IMG/VR virus record: IMGVR_UViG_3300033067_001989
Coordinates: 1-25,635 of that record
From: a virus
Lineage: Duplodnaviria; Caudoviricetes
DNA length: 25,635 nucleotides
Strand: one strand, 5' to 3'
Shown: positions 24,528 through 25,635 of the stretch, piece by piece
How the letters are laid out: each line of letters opens with the position of its first letter
Numbering within the stretch: position 1 is the stretch's first letter
Program-made: the position numbers and the translations under genes
Notes under the pieces: generated by a model
What the model was told of the DNA's origin: nothing
Seen by the model: the letters and a program-made list of their open reading frames with translations, nothing else
The model's database searches: none

Positions 24528-25346
24528 GTGAGCGACTACCTGACCATCTTCGGCGTCCCCATCTCGGTCGCCATCGACTCGGGCGAGCCCGGGCGCAGGT
24601 CCATCGGGGGCGAGCGGAGCCGGGCTGCCTCGGGTGCCGCCCGGGCCAACGCCATCTCGTACAAGCAGACCCTGAAGTGCCGCAGCGTCCCGCTCAAGAC
24701 GCAGGAGGCCCAGGCGCTCCAGGGGCTGCTGGACTGGCAGTACGACGCCATCCGCTTCACGGAGTCGACCGGCTCCACCGACAAGGGCCTGGCTCCAGCG
24801 GTGATGACAGGCACCGTCTCAACGTCTGGCGGGCGCCTGAGTACAGGCCGGGTGACCATCGCGTCCACCCAGGTCGCGGAGTGGGACGGGGTGTTCGGGC
24901 CCCAGGGCGGCACGGTGGCGCTGTCCCGGAAGGAGTCGGGGACCTGGCACGAGTACGTGCTGACCTGGAACGCCAGTATGACGCTCACGGCGGTCTACAA
25001 GGACGCCGTGGCTCAGGCGGTCTCGCTCCCGGCATGGCTCTCGGCGCCGTCGACCTCGGACTACAAGCTCAGCCTGGTCTACCTGGCCGCCTCCGTCGAC
25101 TACGGGCAGATCCAGGTCTTCCCCTTCGAGATGCCCACGAGCTGGTTCAGCGCGCTCAACGACTGGCGCCTGGTCAACACGCTGCCCCAGGCGCCGCTGC
25201 TGGCTGTCGCGGGTGACTGGAACCGCCAGGGCCTGAACATGCTGGGCCCCGGTGGCGGAGACTCCAAGGCCTTCGGTGGAGCGGTGGGCGGCGGAAGCTT
25301 CCTGACCTCCAATCGAGAGGTCAGCATCGACCTGGAGGAGGGCTGA
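24528..25346 (+). CDS. Probable distal tail / minor tail protein (about 272 aa, GTG start)
   Basis: Beta-rich ORF, first sense gene after TMP, C-terminal VSIDLEEG; coupled to the next ORF. Confidence 0.55.
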   Translation: MSDYLTIFGVPISVAIDSGEPGRRSIGGERSRAASGAARANAISYKQTLKCRSVPLKTQEAQALQGLLDWQYDAIRFTESTGSTDKGLAPAVMTGTVSTSGGRLSTGRVTIASTQVAEWDGVFGPQGGTVALSRKESGTWHEYVLTWNASMTLTAVYKDAVAQAVSLPAWLSAPSTSDYKLSLVYLAASVDYGQIQVFPFEMPTSWFSALNDWRLVNTLPQAPLLAVAGDWNRQGLNMLGPGGGDSKAFGGAVGGGSFLTSNREVSIDLEEG

Positions 25347-25635
25347 TGCGCACGCCCTCCACGATGGAGACGCTGGTGGCCGCAGCGCGTGGTCAGACCA
25401 CGGCGGTCAAGGTAGAGGTCCAGGACTCGGCCTCCAACTGGCGTGACCTGGGCAGCCTGTTCGGTCGGGACTACGTCTCCGGCGTCGAGCTCGTCACGAC
25501 CTCGGATGACCAGATCTCCCAGGCCTCTGTGCGCCTCCTCCGGGCTGTCTTCAAGGACAACCTGGCGCCGCTGGCTGGCGTCGGGCGCATCGCAGCGCTG
25601 GCAGCCCAGCCCCTCCTGCGCCCCTCGGCCGCCAT
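25346..25635 (+). CDS. 5' part of a probable tail tip/hub protein (runs off window)
   Basis: GGAGGAG RBS, TGATG coupling; MRTPSTMETLVAAARGQTTAVKVEVQDSASNWRDL... open to the window end. Confidence 0.55.
   Translation, partial: MRTPSTMETLVAAARGQTTAVKVEVQDSASNWRDLGSLFGRDYVSGVELVTTSDDQISQASVRLLRAVFKDNLAPLAGVGRIAALAAQPLLRPSAA

Overview
GC-rich (about 70% by eye, Myxococcota-like) siphovirus-type tail operon: head-tail connectors, two tandem tail-tube-like genes, a -1 frameshifted tail assembly chaperone (TAC), a tape measure protein (TMP), then distal tail genes. The operon is interrupted by a 17,707-bp satellite-like element. The element carries a tyrosine integrase, an excisionase, a primase-like gene plus a DUF3987/YfjI replication gene with iteron clusters, divergent regulators and small promoter cassettes. 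It has no recognisable capsid, portal or terminase gene, but it does have its own diverged frameshifted TAC and its own TMP. It is bounded by an apparently identical 1,706-bp direct repeat that is the middle of the two TMP genes (4204-5909 = 21911-23616). Its integrase attP (3' half of tRNA-Glu(TTC) flanked by both arm-repeat pairs) is intact and lies in frame inside int. The simplest reading is that a circular, TMP-encoding satellite entered its helper phage by a single homologous crossover through the TMP gene, producing two reciprocal chimeric TMPs. A mis-assembly across the 1.7-kb repeat cannot be excluded from sequence alone. All product calls come from motif recognition and synteny; no database searches were run.
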